Below, piece by piece: positions 25,173 to 38,976 of a stretch of DNA of 64,000 nucleotides. Below the pieces are notes generated by a model. It ran no database searches. It saw nothing but the letters and a program-made list of their open reading frames with translations, and was not told the origin of the DNA. Numbering within the stretch: position 1 is the first letter of the stretch; the number at the start of each line of letters is the position of its first letter. The DNA is taken from positions 38,130,001-38,194,000 of the forward strand of contig NW_025964361.1 of NCBI RefSeq assembly GCF_023055435.1, read 5' to 3'. The translations under genes and the position numbers were made by a program. This DNA is from Haliotis rufescens (lineage: Eukaryota).

Positions 25173-25459
25173 CTACCTGGGCCACGTGATACCACCAGGC
25201 CACGTTGACCACGAGACCACGGAGCGGTCTCGAATGGAAAAGGAAATACACAGTAAAGGCACCATGGTCGATCAAATAATAGCGTTTAAGATTTAAATTG
25301 CAATAGTTCCTTCGATAGTGATCATTTATATGTGTTGAATACAATTATCTTTCACCTCCAAATATGTTATATATACCGAAGGATTCTATTTTGATTGGAA
25401 TTAGGATGCATATGCACAAATATGCAACTATCCGTTTGTTCAGGTGGCATCTTGACAAG

Positions 25460-25537
25460 CCTTTGCGTGTGTTTGTGACGTGTGCCACCGGCGGTGCAGG
25501 ATACGCTGACCTTTTCGCGAAAATCTGGTATCATCGA
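25460..25537 (+). mobile_element. Naiad-type 3' terminal motif
   Basis: gtgtttgtgacgtgtgccaccggcggtgcaggatacgctgaccttttcgcg. Confidence 0.65.
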
Positions 25538-26470
25538 TAATAATGGAACTTTAGACTCGTCAGTGGGTGAGTGAGTTATAATTTAACGTCACATGGGCAA
25601 TATTTCAGCCATATCGTGACGAGCGACTCGTCAGTAACTCTATCGAAGAAAAGTAATGTTCCATAGCATCTCGTATTGACGCTTTTTCATAGTTAAGGTG
25701 ACTTATTCGTCAGGGCTTGGTTAACTCCCGACGCTGTAATCATTACAGACACTATACCATAAATGAGAGATCAATCGTCAGTTGACTCCAACACACTGCT
25801 CCACCACTGCTGGAAGTGTCCTGATATATCGGCAGTATCGATCATTCTGGAAGTGAATTGATAAATTGACACGATCATTCTTCGAGAGTGCAATGATACA
25901 TTGTATCGGGGTCCCCTTGACAGACACCTTTTCAGACCGCCGCCGACAACGTCTTCATCAATCTCCTTAAAATCATATCTTAGTTCTCGCTATCCCAGTA
26001 TGGGTCGCGTCAGGCCAACCTTCTGCGAACTTTGACCGACCAATGGAATGACTGACAAGAAGTCGACATTAGCCAACAAAAGGCAGCTCTCTCGTGCTTT
26101 ACGGCACCAATTTCAAACTGACGGCTATTTTGACACATTATCGATTAAAACTTTGAAAACTGAACAAAAGACCATGTTGAAAAGGTTGATAGATGGCCTA
26201 GATTGTATGCAATCAGTCGTAGAGCCCGTAACTGTCGTTCAGAATACCCCGTATTAAGTTCTTCGAGGTTCAATGATATGAAAACACATTTCGACTGTCA
26301 CTTTCCTGATCCGGTAAGCGACGCTCTGATTGGTCGGATGAAAGGTCGCTCTGACGTGACCCGTAATGGATGTTCTAAAATCTTTGTTTAGCGCTAGTTT
26401 AACTTGAGTATCTCGATACAGTGAAACCTCGTTAGTTCAGAAACCCCGCCTTCAGAACTATTATCGTTTA

Positions 26471-26629
26471 GAGTGATTGAGTGAGTTTGATTTTACGCCG
26501 CTTTTAGCAATATTCCAGCAATATCACGGCGGGGGACACAAGAAATGGGCTTCACACATTGTGCCCATGTCGGGATTCGAACCCGGGTCTTCGGCGAACG
26601 CTTTAACCACTAGACTACCCGACCGCCCC
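26471..26629 (-). mobile_element. SINE family A
   Basis: Consensus match with a small head deletion. It sits in a possible Tc1/pogo-type MITE starting tacagtgaaacctcg at 26417. Confidence 0.88.
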
Positions 26630-27404
26630 CATAAACGTTTCGAAAGCCCATATACACAAGAACATTCTTTCGTTCTCATGAACATTTGTCGACGTGGAAA
26701 ATCGTTAATTCGGGTCATGGGTTTTCCTTACTGTTAGTTTGAGGTGCATATACATGTATACTGCCGGGCAAAAGAAAGTTTACCCTTGGAAATTCACACT
26801 TGACTCGGTTCATTACGGTGTAGTGTGAAATTGCGACCCTATGTTCCTTGTGACCTCATGTACACGTCACTGGTTGACATGAAGCATCTCAGATATACTG
26901 AAAGTACACAAAACGGTACTTGGCTGAAAACTATCTCCGAAACACTGCAAACGTAACGTCCAAAGCACACTGTCAGAGTGACCGATTTTGGACAACCATT
27001 GTCTGAATGTCCATTTTATTCCAAAGGCAAAATACCCTGTAGCGATGACATTAATTGTCGTTATGTATAAGATGCTGATCCAAATTGGTAATCCTCATTG
27101 TATTGTACATTGACTGCCATCCTGAACGAGCTGTGCAATTATGTCACTGATTAATAACTGTTAATATTTATGACTTAATCCAGGTCAGGTGATCTTGGCC
27201 ATATAAGACTTGGTCCAAAGATGAAAATCAGAGAGAGAAGGTCTTACCCTTAGCCTAGTGAGGATGAGGCTGGGTGCCCCGGGGCACCAACACCATCACT
27301 ACTATCAATATAGGCTGACATGGCACAGAGTGCTTCTTGTTTATATATTTTCCTTTATAAAGTAAACTTATATATATCGCAGCCATCGATTCGATTCACT
27401 CCCT

Positions 27405-27669
27405 AGGGGGCACGGGTGTCCCAGTCGTCTTTGGCGCCGCGATTCGTTGTGTAGAGTTGCGTCCTTTGGGCACGCCAAAAACCAATGAATCCCGGTTTGC
27501 CCGATTACGTTTCTAGGTTTGTCGGCACCATACCCATGCTCGTGGGTTTCACCGAAGTGGTAAACGTCTGAGACCTGCATCACTTCGGGCTTTCCTCCTA
27601 CATTAAGCTGACACGCCGCGATATAACTGGAATACTGTTAAAAGCGGCGTTAAACTCAACTCACTCACA
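27405..27669 (+). mobile_element. SINE family C, near full length
   Basis: gggggcacggg head through to the (actc) tail. Confidence 0.88.
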
Positions 27670-29329
27670 CCTACCGAGAACCTACGCCGAGTATATAGTA
27701 TGCAAATAACATTGATCAACGTCACAACAACGTGTTGTTACAGCTAAGTACCCGTGTGTGTGAGCGAAATGTTTTTGAAGCTGGAAACTTTGTTCTAGGG
27801 TGTTTCCACACCAGGATCAAAAGAACGAGAAATGCATAGTGTGAGATAGGATAAGTATATAAAGTTTCAATTTTTTGTAAAACTTTCAATTTTAGTCTCA
27901 GTTTTTACCTTTTTCAAATTTTATGTTGTTCCTTATTGATTTTTTTCTAAAGTCTCTAATACAAGTGGTATGTTCATGATGTTTGCAGAAAACGTCTAAG
28001 AAAACAGCAAGAGAGTTATCACTTGCCTACCAAGTTGGGAAGAAAACTAAAAACAGGGAAAGAAAATTGAAGAGAGCATTAGCCGTGCTGAAGGTGGGTA
28101 GACCATGTAGGCTACGTAGCTGTTGTAAGTTTAAAAATTGACTTTCACTTTGTGTGAGTTCATTGGCATCTGAACTTTCATAGAGTGACTTAGGTTTTCT
28201 CCATCGAATAACCATTTCGTGTTTGTTTCATTTTAACCACCATCAAACATGGGTGTGTACTTTCTTATGCCTGACAGTTTACATGCATGCATACATCGTA
28301 TACATCTCAAATCTGTAAAACTGTTCTAAGTTAGGCCATGAATGAAATGTCATTACGTCAGTCGACGTCCCTGACTGCGGTATAATAATTATTCACGTCC
28401 AGGCACGGCAACATCTGTGACATACGACTCGCCACGTTGTCTCTGCGCCTCCTGAGACGGTGACAATTCAATTTACAACTTTAACTATCCTGTTATGTCA
28501 TCGTGTATGACAGACCTGAAACAGGCTGACTCTATGTTTGAAACGAAACGAAGTCTTCTTAAACTGGTAGAAATGTAGATAACGGAAATCTGTGTGATTT
28601 ATGATTATTATGTAACACGATTGACCACTCAAAGTCCAACCGACTATACACTACTTGTAGATTACAGATTCACTGTTTCATATCACGGACAGAAATAAAA
28701 CCTTTCCGACTGTTTTAAAGAAAATAGAAATATTACAATAGTATGTTAAACACATTAATACATGAATGTTTTGGCAGTTGAAAATATTTGCCGATGTATT
28801 ATAATTGGCGATTGTACAGTAAATACATAAGGATAATGATTCTCGTAACTATAAGCGTACGTAATTATAAGTTAATATGTGATGACTACGGAAGTATTTG
28901 TTCGGACACACGCATGAACTCTAAACGTGACGTGACGTCATAAGCGTGACGAACGACGTGTGTGAATTGTAAATGTCCGTTACGACAATGCATGACGAAT
29001 GTTCTAAGTGTGCGTTATTATAAAGGCGCATGCGTGAACAAATTCATTTGGGTGTTTCAAGGCTTATGCGTTGGGCACTGTTGCATGTGTTCAAGATGAC
29101 CATGACGGTAATCGTAAATCTATGTTTACCTTATGAACGTTGTCGTTGTCGTTGTCGTCGTCGTCTGTCATGTGGTCTCAAAAAGCCGTTATAAACATAT
29201 ACTGGACGTATAGTCGCCAACATACACATTCGGTGTACGAGATGAATTCTAGCAAAGCGAGATGTGCGCATATAATACGTTGCACGTATATTGTGTGGTT
29301 GACATCAAGAGCTGAAGGTACGAGTGGTT

Positions 29330-32242
29330 GGTATAATGAGCTGTCGACACAGTGAGTGGTTGCATAATGAGTTGTAGACACAATGAGTGGTTGCATAATG
29401 AGCTGTAGGCACAATGAGTAGTTACTTAATGAGTTGTAGGCACAATGAGTTGTTACTTAATGAGTTGTAGGCACAATGAGTTGTTGCATAATGAGTTGTA
29501 GACACAGTGAGTGGTTGCCATAATGAGCTGTAGTCACAATGAGTGGTTGCATAATGAGATGTAGGCACAATGAGTGGTTGCATTATGAGCTGTAGGCACA
29601 ATGAGTGGTTGCATAATGAGCTGTAGACACAATGAGTGGTTGCATAATGAGCTGTAGGAACAATGAGTGGTTGCATAATGAGCTGTAGACACAATGAGTG
29701 GTTGCATAATGAGCTGTAGGCACAATGAGTGGTTGCATAATGAGCTGTAGACAAAATGGGTGGTTGCATCATGAGCTGTAGACACAATGAGTGGTTGCAT
29801 AATGAGCTGTAGACACAATGAGTGGTTGCATAATGAGCTGTAGACACAATGAGTTGTTGCATAATGAGCTGTAGACACAATGAGTGGTTGCATAATGAGC
29901 TGTAGACACAATGAGTGGTTGCATAATGAACTGTAGGCACAATGAGTGGTTGCATAATGAGCTGTAGACAAAATGGGTGGTTGCATAATGAGTTGTAGGC
30001 ACAATGAGTGGTTGCATAATGAGCTGTAGGAACAATGAGTGGTTGCATAATGAGTTGTAGGCACAATGAGTGGTTGCATAATGAGCTGTAGGAACAATGA
30101 GTGGTTGCATAATGAGCTGTCGACACAGTGAGTGGTTGCATAATGAGTTGTAGACACAATGAGTGGTTGCATTATGAGCTGTAGACACAGTGAGTGGTTG
30201 CATAATGAGCTGTAGGCACATTGTGTGGTTGCATAATGAGCCGTAGACACAATGAGTGGTTGCATAATGATCTGTAGGCACAATGAGTGGTTGCATAATG
30301 AGCTGTAGACACAATGAGTGGTTGCATAATGAACTGTAGGCACAATGAGTGGTTGCATAATGAGCTGTAGACAAAATGGGTGGTTGCATAATGAGTTGTA
30401 GACACAATGAGTGGTTGCATAATGAGCTGTAGGAACAATGAGTGGTTGCATAATGAGCTGTAGGCACAATGAGTGGTTGCATAATGAGCTGTAGGAACAA
30501 TGAGTGGTTGCATAATGAGCTGTCGACACAATGAGTGGTTGCATAATGAGTTGTAGACACAATGAGTGGTTGCATTATGAGCTGTAGACACAATGAGTGG
30601 TTGCATAATGAGCTGTAGGCACATTGTGTGGTTGCATAATGAGCTGTAGACACAATGAGTGGTTGCATAATGATCTGTAGGCACAATGAGTGGTTGCATA
30701 ATGAGTTGTAAGCACAATGAGTGGTTGCATAATGAGCTGTAGACACAATAAGTTGTTGCATTATGAGTTGTAGGCACAATGAGTGGTTGCATAATGAGCT
30801 GTAGGCACAATGAGTGGTTGCATAATGAGTTGTAAGCACAATGAGTGGTTGCATAATGAGCTGTAGACAAAATGGGTGGTTGCATCATGAGCTGTAGACA
30901 CAATGAGTGGTTGCATAATGAGCTGTAGACACAATGAGTGGTTGCATAATGAGCTGTAGACACAATGAGTTGTTGCATAATGAGCTGTAGACACAATGAG
31001 TGGTTGCATAATGAGCTGTAGACACAATGAGTGGTTGCATAATGAACTGTAGGCACAATGAGTGGTTGCATAATGAGCTGTAGACAAAATGGGTGGTTGC
31101 ATAATGAGTTGTAGACACAATGAGTGGTTGCATAATGAGCTGTAGGAACAATGAGTGGTTGCATAATGAGTTGTAGGCACAATGAGTGGTTGCATAATGA
31201 GCTGTAGGAACAATGAGTGGTTGCATAATGAGCTGTCGACACAGTGAGTGGTTGCATAATGAGTTGTAGACACAATGAGTGGTTGCATTATGAGCTGTAG
31301 ACACAGTGAGTGGTTGCATAATGAGCTGTAGACACATTGTGTGGTTGCATAATGAGCCGTAGACACAATGAGTGGTTGCATAATGATCTGTAGGCACAAT
31401 GAGTGGTTGCATAATGAGCTGTAGACACAATGAGTTGTTGCATAATGAGCTGTAGACACAATGAGTGGTTGCATAATGAGCTGTAGACACAATGAGTGGT
31501 TGCATAATGAACTGTAGGCACAATGAGTGGTTGCATAATGAGCTGTAGACAAAATGGGTGGTTGCATCATGAGTTGTAGACACAATGAGTGGTTGCATAA
31601 TGAGCTGTAGGAACAATGAGTGGTTGCATAATGAGCTGTAGGCACAATGAGTGGTTGCATAATGAGCTGTAGGAACAATGAGTGGTTGCATAATGAGCTG
31701 TCGACACAATGAGTGGTTGCATAATGAGTTGTAGACACAATGAGTGGTTGCATTATGAGCTGTAGACACAATGAGTGGTTGCATAATGAGCTGTAGGAAC
31801 ATTGTGTGGTTGCATAATGAGCCGTAGACACAATGAGTGGTTGCATAATGATCTGTAGGCACAATGAGTGGTTGCATAATGAGTTGTAAGCACAATGAGT
31901 GGTTGCATAATGAGCTGTAGACACAATAAGTTGTTGCATTATGAGTTGTAGGCACAATGAGTGGTTGCATAATGAGCTGTAGGCACAATGAGTGGTTGCA
32001 TAATGAGTTGTAAGCACAATGAGTGGTTGCATAATGAGCTGTAGACAAAATGGGTGGTTGCATCATGAGCTGTAGACACAATGAGTGGTTGCATAATGAG
32101 CTGTAGACACAATGAGTGGTTGCATAATGAGCTGTAGACACAATAAGTGGTTGCATTATGAGTTGTAGGCACAATGAGTGGTTGCATAATGAGCTGTAGG
32201 CACAATGAGTGGTTGCATAATGAGCTGTAGACACAATGAGTT
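29330..32242. repeat. 31-bp satellite array (about 94 units)
   Basis: Unit gagtggttgcataatgagctgtagacacaat. Confidence 0.97.
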
Positions 32243-32763
32243 GAATCTGCTACTGAGTCTCACATACATTAGTACATGTACACGGTTATACGTATTGAAA
32301 CAACAGGCTTAAAAGGAAAGAAAAACCTTTATTGTTTGGTGACGACGACGACGTTTTCATCCATCTACCCGACTGTAGCTAATGACAATGGTTTTGAAAC
32401 AAACATTGTGAGCCACCTATACAACTGGGAATAAAACACGTCTGTAGATTTAAACAGTGTTGCTACATCATCACTTTATGAAACACCCGGCACTAAATGT
32501 CGTAGATATTATTTAACTCGGACCATAAGTGTGACGTAATGGTGACAGTTAAATGTATTTACATAAACCAATGATTCATGTACACTGCTAGGCGTCAGCC
32601 TGATAAACATTACATCAGACAGAATCAACTTGAGTATAACTATGACTTCTTGCTTAATATCTGAAAACAAGATTAAAAGCTTGAATGTACATCTTATCTC
32701 ATTCCTTTGGATATCTTCCTTAACAAATTCACTTTTAATGGAAGACATATTCTCATTCATGAA

Positions 32764-32923
32764 GAGCGGTGGGGTAGCCTAGTGGTTAAAGCGTTCTCTC
32801 GTCACCCCGAAGACCTGGGTTCGATTCCCCACATGGGTGCAATGTGTGAAGCCCATTTTTAGAGTCCACCGCTCTGATATTGCTGAAATATTAAAAACGG
32901 CCTAACACCACCATATACTATAC
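32764..32923 (+). mobile_element. SINE family A
   Basis: TSD ctcattcatgaa. Confidence 0.88.
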
Positions 32924-33023
32924 CTCATTCATGAACTAGACGACAAGAGCGACAGTTGCCCACACAAAATAAAGATAGCTTCACAATAACAAGACAGGGT
33001 ATTGAATTACATGCCAGCTATGT

Positions 33024-33505
33024 AGGTAAAAGCAAGCCAAGGCTACCGCTTTATATATCTGAGAACTACCAGCTTGAGATCTGATTGTGAAACACGACAA
33101 TAAAAATGCAATATCATTTTTCTAAAATATTTCATGTAAGCTGAATAATAGCAATACGTTGATTGACGCAGGTTTGGCTGGGGTTTTTTAAACAATGAGT
33201 AAGTTCCACGCTATGTGGCGCTGCATTTACCCGTAGACGTACCCGGATGACGCTCTTGCGGGTTAGGTAAAAAGCAAGCCAAGGCTACCGCTTTATATAT
33301 CTGAGAACTACCAGCAGGAGCTCTGATTGTGAAACACGACAATAAAAATGCAATATCATTTTTCTAAAAAAATTCATGTAAGCTGAATAATAGCAATACG
33401 TTGATTGACGCAGGTTTGGCTGGGTTTTTTTAAACAATGAGTAAGTTCCACGCTATGTGGCGCTGCATTCACCCGTAGACGTACCCGGATGACGCACTTG
33501 CGGGT
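33024..33505. repeat. Recent tandem duplication of an about 242-bp unit
   Basis: aggtaaaagcaagccaagg...ttgcgggt occurs twice, nearly identical. Confidence 0.92.
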
Positions 33506-34140
33506 GTATGTTTCAGCTGTCAATCACACGTGATCCCTATCTTTCCGCGTCACATGGCCCAGCATTCATTGTGAGCAGAGGGCGGTTTCAGCTACCCAAC
33601 ACGGAAATAATTTGAAAAGAAAGATTTAAATCTGAGCTGCATAGCTCGTTCTGACGTCCGTTTATAGCTTTCATTCGGAGTGACGACACCCTCGAGTGCT
33701 TGGTAAACAGGGGTGACGGGCAAAAGGAACAAGACCCGACGCAGATAACAAACAACTTCGAAACATGGACAGTCATGTTGAAAGTTGACTGTGTGACGCA
33801 AACAGCTATACTGAAATACAATGACTGCGGAATAAAAACTAATTACATTGAGATCATGAATTCTATGTAGTTTCGTCACACTTTTAACGATTGCGTAAAC
33901 AAGCAAATCAATTGTCAAACTATTTAGTATCCACCCAAGATTAAGTAAACTTTCTTTGTGTTTGATACGAAAACGGGTGTGTCTCAAATCGAATATATTA
34001 TAGTTAATGTTAAAGTGAAGTATTTGCTATGCAGTGGGCTTGGTCGAGAAATGCTATTAAAGGTATTGTGTTGCTGCAATGAACGGACCACTACTTCGCA
34101 AACATAGTTTCAATTCAAATCCTCCCTCATACTCAGTTAA

Positions 34141-34305
34141 GGGGCGTTCGGGTAGCCTAGTGGTTAAAGCGTTCGCTCGTCTCGCCGAAGACCCGGGTTC
34201 GATTCCCGACATGGGTACAATGTGTGAAGCCCATTTCCGGTGTCCCCCGCCGTGATATTGCTGGAATATTGCTAAAATCGGCGTAAAATCATACTCACTC
34301 ACTCA
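34141..34305 (+). mobile_element. SINE family A, full length
   Basis: TSD ctcatac(t/a)cagtta. Confidence 0.92.
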
Positions 34306-34576
34306 CTCATACACAGTTATCCAGTGTATTATATCTCTATTGTGAAAAAAACATCACGGACCCATCCGCTACCATAGTTTCGTTTCAGTATTTATCATAT
34401 TAGAATAAATAAAACATAATCTGGATAAGCTTTCTGGGTAATTCACATAGGGTCAGATCAGCTCATAATTCCTGTCATGTGTATGATACATGCCGATATA
34501 TACTTACCTACATACATATATGTGTTTCGGATGTAAAGAATGTTCAAAAAAGAACAATGAAATCTCATTAAGACTT

Positions 34577-34652
34577 GTGTGAGAGGGGGATGCCAGTGTG
34601 AGAGAGGGATGCCAGTGTGAGAGAGGGATGCCAGTGTGAGAGAGGGATGCCA
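34577..34652. repeat. 19-bp tandem repeat x4 (gtgtgagagagggatgcca)
   Basis: Direct reading. Confidence 0.85.
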
Positions 34653-36578
34653 GTCGGCAATATTCCAAATCTAAATCACGGCGCTCTGCAAATAATCGAG
34701 TCAGGCAAACCAGTGACTGAAAGCATGAGCACCGATCTACGCCATCGGGAACCGATGATACACAATCAGTCACGTCAGATCACCGACCCCATGCCTTTTT
34801 AGCCGGCTCTGATGATAAATATAAGGCACCATGGACCTGTCTATCGTAAGTCTATGTTAAACTGTGGCAATCTTAACGCTACGATCGCTCAGTGACACCG
34901 AACCAAGAACGGAGCACCTACAGTGGAGAATAGTGAGAACTCTGTGTTGTTGATATTATAAACTATACTACTCATTTTTTTATTTAGATATTACTTTTAT
35001 TCCATGATCCACCAAATTGATTACTTACGAATATGAACATGTGCATAATGTATGAAATATGTACAGATCCTTATATAACTGGTGTATGTTGCCGATACGA
35101 TTCCGCCGGTTCCAAAAAGCTTATTCGTCTTAAACGTTATGTCGAGTTTTTAGAGTTCGACTTAAAGTTTCACTACATTAATTACTTTTTTATAACACGT
35201 ATTTAAATAATCTTGACGTGTTGAGTTATTACTTATAAAGGCTCTTGGTGGAAAGAAAAAGCGAAACAGTTTCATAAATAGACTTGACAAATAAGACTGA
35301 TGTGTGTAGTTACACTTTTCCAGCCCTGTTTCCGCCTTGTTAAATATTCTCAAGGCAACTTTATTATTTACTTCAGTAAGATATCGTTTCCGTGTTTGTT
35401 TAAGCAATGTATGACGCAAAGATTATGTAAGCTTCAACCATGCACGCGGAAGACAATGTGAAATATCTGTCAAAACATGTAATGTACATAAACAACGAAG
35501 AATCTGGATCGAAGCGGACGACGCAGTGAAAACGATATAAGGGAGATAACTCTAAATAGTGTTAGTTATATAATGCTTGCCCTTTGTCGTTTTATATAAC
35601 TTATTATGTGAAACTTTTATACTTTGTCACTTGATCTGTGTGTCGAGCAGAGAACGATCTGTTTTCCCTACAGAAACATTATCGTTAAGGTTTTGAAGGG
35701 GCGGATCCAGGAATTTAAAAGGGTTATTCGAGCCGGGTCTTCCGTGTGACGAGCGAACGCTTTAACCAAGAGGCTTCCCCACCGCTCCCCTCTTATAAGT
35801 TCAGATATGTATCACAAAACTATCTTATGTAGGTAAACAACATGAACTCTATGATCTAGTTTGAGTCAAATGTTGCTTTTGCAACGAAATCAAGACAACT
35901 GCCTATATCTGTGTAACTTGTTTCAACATTATCACAGATGATACCAGAAATGACGCCGGATTGTTATCGCGCACCCAGTTGACACCGCACTCTACCCAAG
36001 TAAGCTGGGATACTCGTGTTTTAAGTCCCATTGCGTCATGAAATGATTTGATAATTATTGTTATCAGCTATGGCGACGGCCGTTTTGACGACGGCAAATA
36101 CCTGACCTTGGGGCTGGTTCCCTGTCGAGGCTTTTTAACTAGCGTTCAGTGCACTACGGTGTCCTCGTGTGTCATTCAATATGGCGATATCTGTATGCTT
36201 ATCTCGGGGGATCAGGTTTTGTTTGTTGTGTGCGAAGTGGTGAACAAAACGATCTTGGCCTTGGTTTGACCTATTAACCATCCCACTTGAAATTGAAATC
36301 ACTACCCGGATGCTGCTGTTCACCCACGCATAAGTTTTATCATCCGGAATATAAATTCAAATTATTAGGGTTTGGGACTGAGGTACCATGTACTTTGAGT
36401 GCCACGACATGTCATATCTAGACACGTATAAACACGACCAGCTGTAACACGTCTACTTTATTCATAAGTGTCGTCATATCTATAGTTAGTGCGTTATTCA
36501 GGTAGAGTCATATGCACACTCATGATCATACATGTGCGGGACAGACGTCTATGGAGTTACGCAATGAGATGTTTAATC

Positions 36579-36581
<3 letters not shown>

Positions 36582-36624
<43 letters not shown>

Positions 36625-37490
36625 AGACACAGACAGAGCCAGAGAGAGTAGTCAGACAGACAGTTAGCTAGAGAGACAGAGACAGACAGCGAGACATACA
36701 GACAGTCAGACAGACAGTTAGCTAGAGAGACAGAGACAGACAGCGAGACATACAGACAGTCAGACAGACAGTTAGCTAGAGAGACAGAGACAGACAGCGA
36801 GACATACAGACAGTCAGACAGACAGTTAGCTAGAGAGACAGAGACAGACAGCGAGACATACAGACAGTCAGACAGACAGTTAGCTAGAGAGACAGAGACA
36901 GACAGCGAGACATACAGACAGTCAGACAGACAGTTAGCTAGAGAGACAGAGACAGACAGCGAGACATACAGACAGTCAGACAGACAGACAGTTAGCTAAA
37001 GAGACAGAGACAGACAGGGAGACATACAGACAGTCAGACAGACAGACAGTTAGCTAGAGAGACAGAGACAGACAGCGAGACATACAGACAGTCAGACAGA
37101 CAGTTAGCTAGAGAGACAGAGACAGACAGCGAGACATACAGACAGTCAGACAGACAGTTAGCTAGAGAGACAGAGACAGACAGCGAGACATACAGACAGT
37201 CAGACAGACAGTTAGCTAGAGAGACAGAGACAGACAGCGAGACATACAGACAGTCAGACAGACAGTTAGCTAGAGAGACAGAGACAGACAGCGAGACATA
37301 CAGACAGTCAGACAGACAGTTAGCTAGAGAGACAGAGACAGACAGCGAGACATACAGACAGTCAGACAGACAGTTAGCTAGAGAGACAGAGACAGACAGC
37401 GAGACATACAGACAGTCAGACAGACAGTTAGCTAGAGAGACAGAGACAGACAGCGAGACATACAGACAGTCAGACAGAGAGACAGAGGGA
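36582..37490. repeat. (GA)n followed by a 54-bp minisatellite (about 15 units)
   Basis: Unit cagacagacagttagctagagagacagagacagacagcgagacatacagacagt. Confidence 0.95.
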
Positions 37491-38227
37491 GAAAAAATCC
37501 ACACATCTAAATATTTGTAAGTAAAATATATAGTTCTTGACGATTGTAAAATACGCAATAAGCCACGTCAACAAACACAACTTTCCCGGAACTACACCTG
37601 ATAAAACCCCACAAACAGACAGATCTGGTTTCGATCTAAGCTGAGCTTAGGTTAGGCTAGGCAAGGGCACAGGGTGTGTGTTCTGAGCACATCTGTAGGA
37701 TTACAACACAGTGTACATATGCAGTACCATGATGTACTGATCTGCCCATTATGTTATATAATGAAATTTGTAATCATATGAATATTATAACATTGAATAA
37801 TACAATACAATGCACTCAGGGCCCACATGCTGATATAAGGGTACACAAATTTTACAACTGTTGAACGTTAAAATGCCTACCAATATAGGCGGTCTGTTTT
37901 AAGTACTACAAACACAATTCCGTATGTAATAACTCAATAGGCCGAGCAGGTATATGTCGTGAATCATGCACGCGACCTTCCCAGGTTCACAGCAGGATGC
38001 GGCGCCGTCATGGACGGGGGGCGACACTGCCTCGAGCCCACGTGACCTGATGACTGTCTTCCAAACCCCTCCCCCCGCAACGCCAGGAACAGGAACAGAA
38101 AGTGTGTGGTTTGTCCAGAGGTCTGACAATGCGCAGTCTGTTGAATTGAAATCAGACGACTGTTCTACACAGTTGCACCCGGCTCATGTTGTTTTTTAAC
38201 TTTGTTTCGAAATACTTTGTTTCAGGT

Positions 38228-38525
38228 CAGGTGGTAGAGCGTCTGTCCGGAGAGCGGAAGGTTGGGGCTTCGATTCCCTAGGCACGTCAAACTAAAAGAC
38301 GTTCAAAGATTGTACTTGTTGTTACCTTGCCTAGGATTATGCACTAAGCTGCTAAAACAAGAACTGTGGGCTCGGTGTTAGTTTTATGTATCCGAGTTAA
38401 ACTGCGGCATGGTATCTCAGTATCTCTAGGTCTATAAGTCTAGAACCGGCATAAGTCCGGACTAGTATAAGCAGCCACACACACGTGCATGCACGTCGCT
38501 TTATAGAGGTGCTATGATCGGGAAT
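38228..38525 (+). mobile_element. SINE family D
   Basis: Consensus match from head to 3' end. Confidence 0.82.
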
Positions 38526-38627
38526 GCAGTGTTAAACCCCATTTCTCATCAAACTTGGTGTTATATAATTTGAAACTGGATTTGTTTACGTGTTTATTTA
38601 CGTCATCGATTTTTTGTGCAGGAACGA

Positions 38628-38793
38628 GTGAGTGAGTGAGTATGGTTTTACGCCGCTTTTAGCAATATTCCAGCAATATCACGGCGGTGGACACAGGAAA
38701 TGGGCTTCACACATTGTACCCATGTCGGGAATCGAACCCGGGTCTTCGGCGTGACGAGCGAACGCTTTAACCACTAGGCTACCCGACCGCCCC
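38628..38793 (-). mobile_element. SINE family A, full length, young
   Basis: Perfect TSD tgtgcaggaacga. Confidence 0.93.
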
Positions 38794-38806
38794 TGTGCAG
38801 GAACGA

Positions 38807-38976
38807 ATGGTCAGGCTCGGTTACTAGGGTTGATGCATGTCATCGTATCCCAGTTGCGTAGATCGATGCTCATGGTGTCAATATTGGATCCATTGTTTAC
38901 AGAACGCCGTCATACAGATGAAATATTGCTGAGTGCTGCGTTAAACAAGAAACAAACAAACAAACAAACAAACAAA
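38807..38976 (+). mobile_element. SINE family B, 5'-truncated
   Basis: Body plus (aaac)n tail. Confidence 0.82.

Noticed and set aside
26048-26257. Tc1 transposase C-terminus
   Set aside because: Only vague resemblance, no WP.SPDLNPIE motif. Nearby Tc1-like termini (26757, 53970-54290) could not be paired.
29422-32234. Many 250-450 aa minus-strand ORFs
   Set aside because: Translations of a 31-bp satellite that cycle through all frames; no coding signal.
34141-34212. tRNA-Asp gene (and other SINE heads)
   Set aside because: No proper acceptor stem; continues into SINE body and tail with TSDs.
37034-37558. 174-aa repeat ORF
   Set aside because: 54-bp minisatellite.
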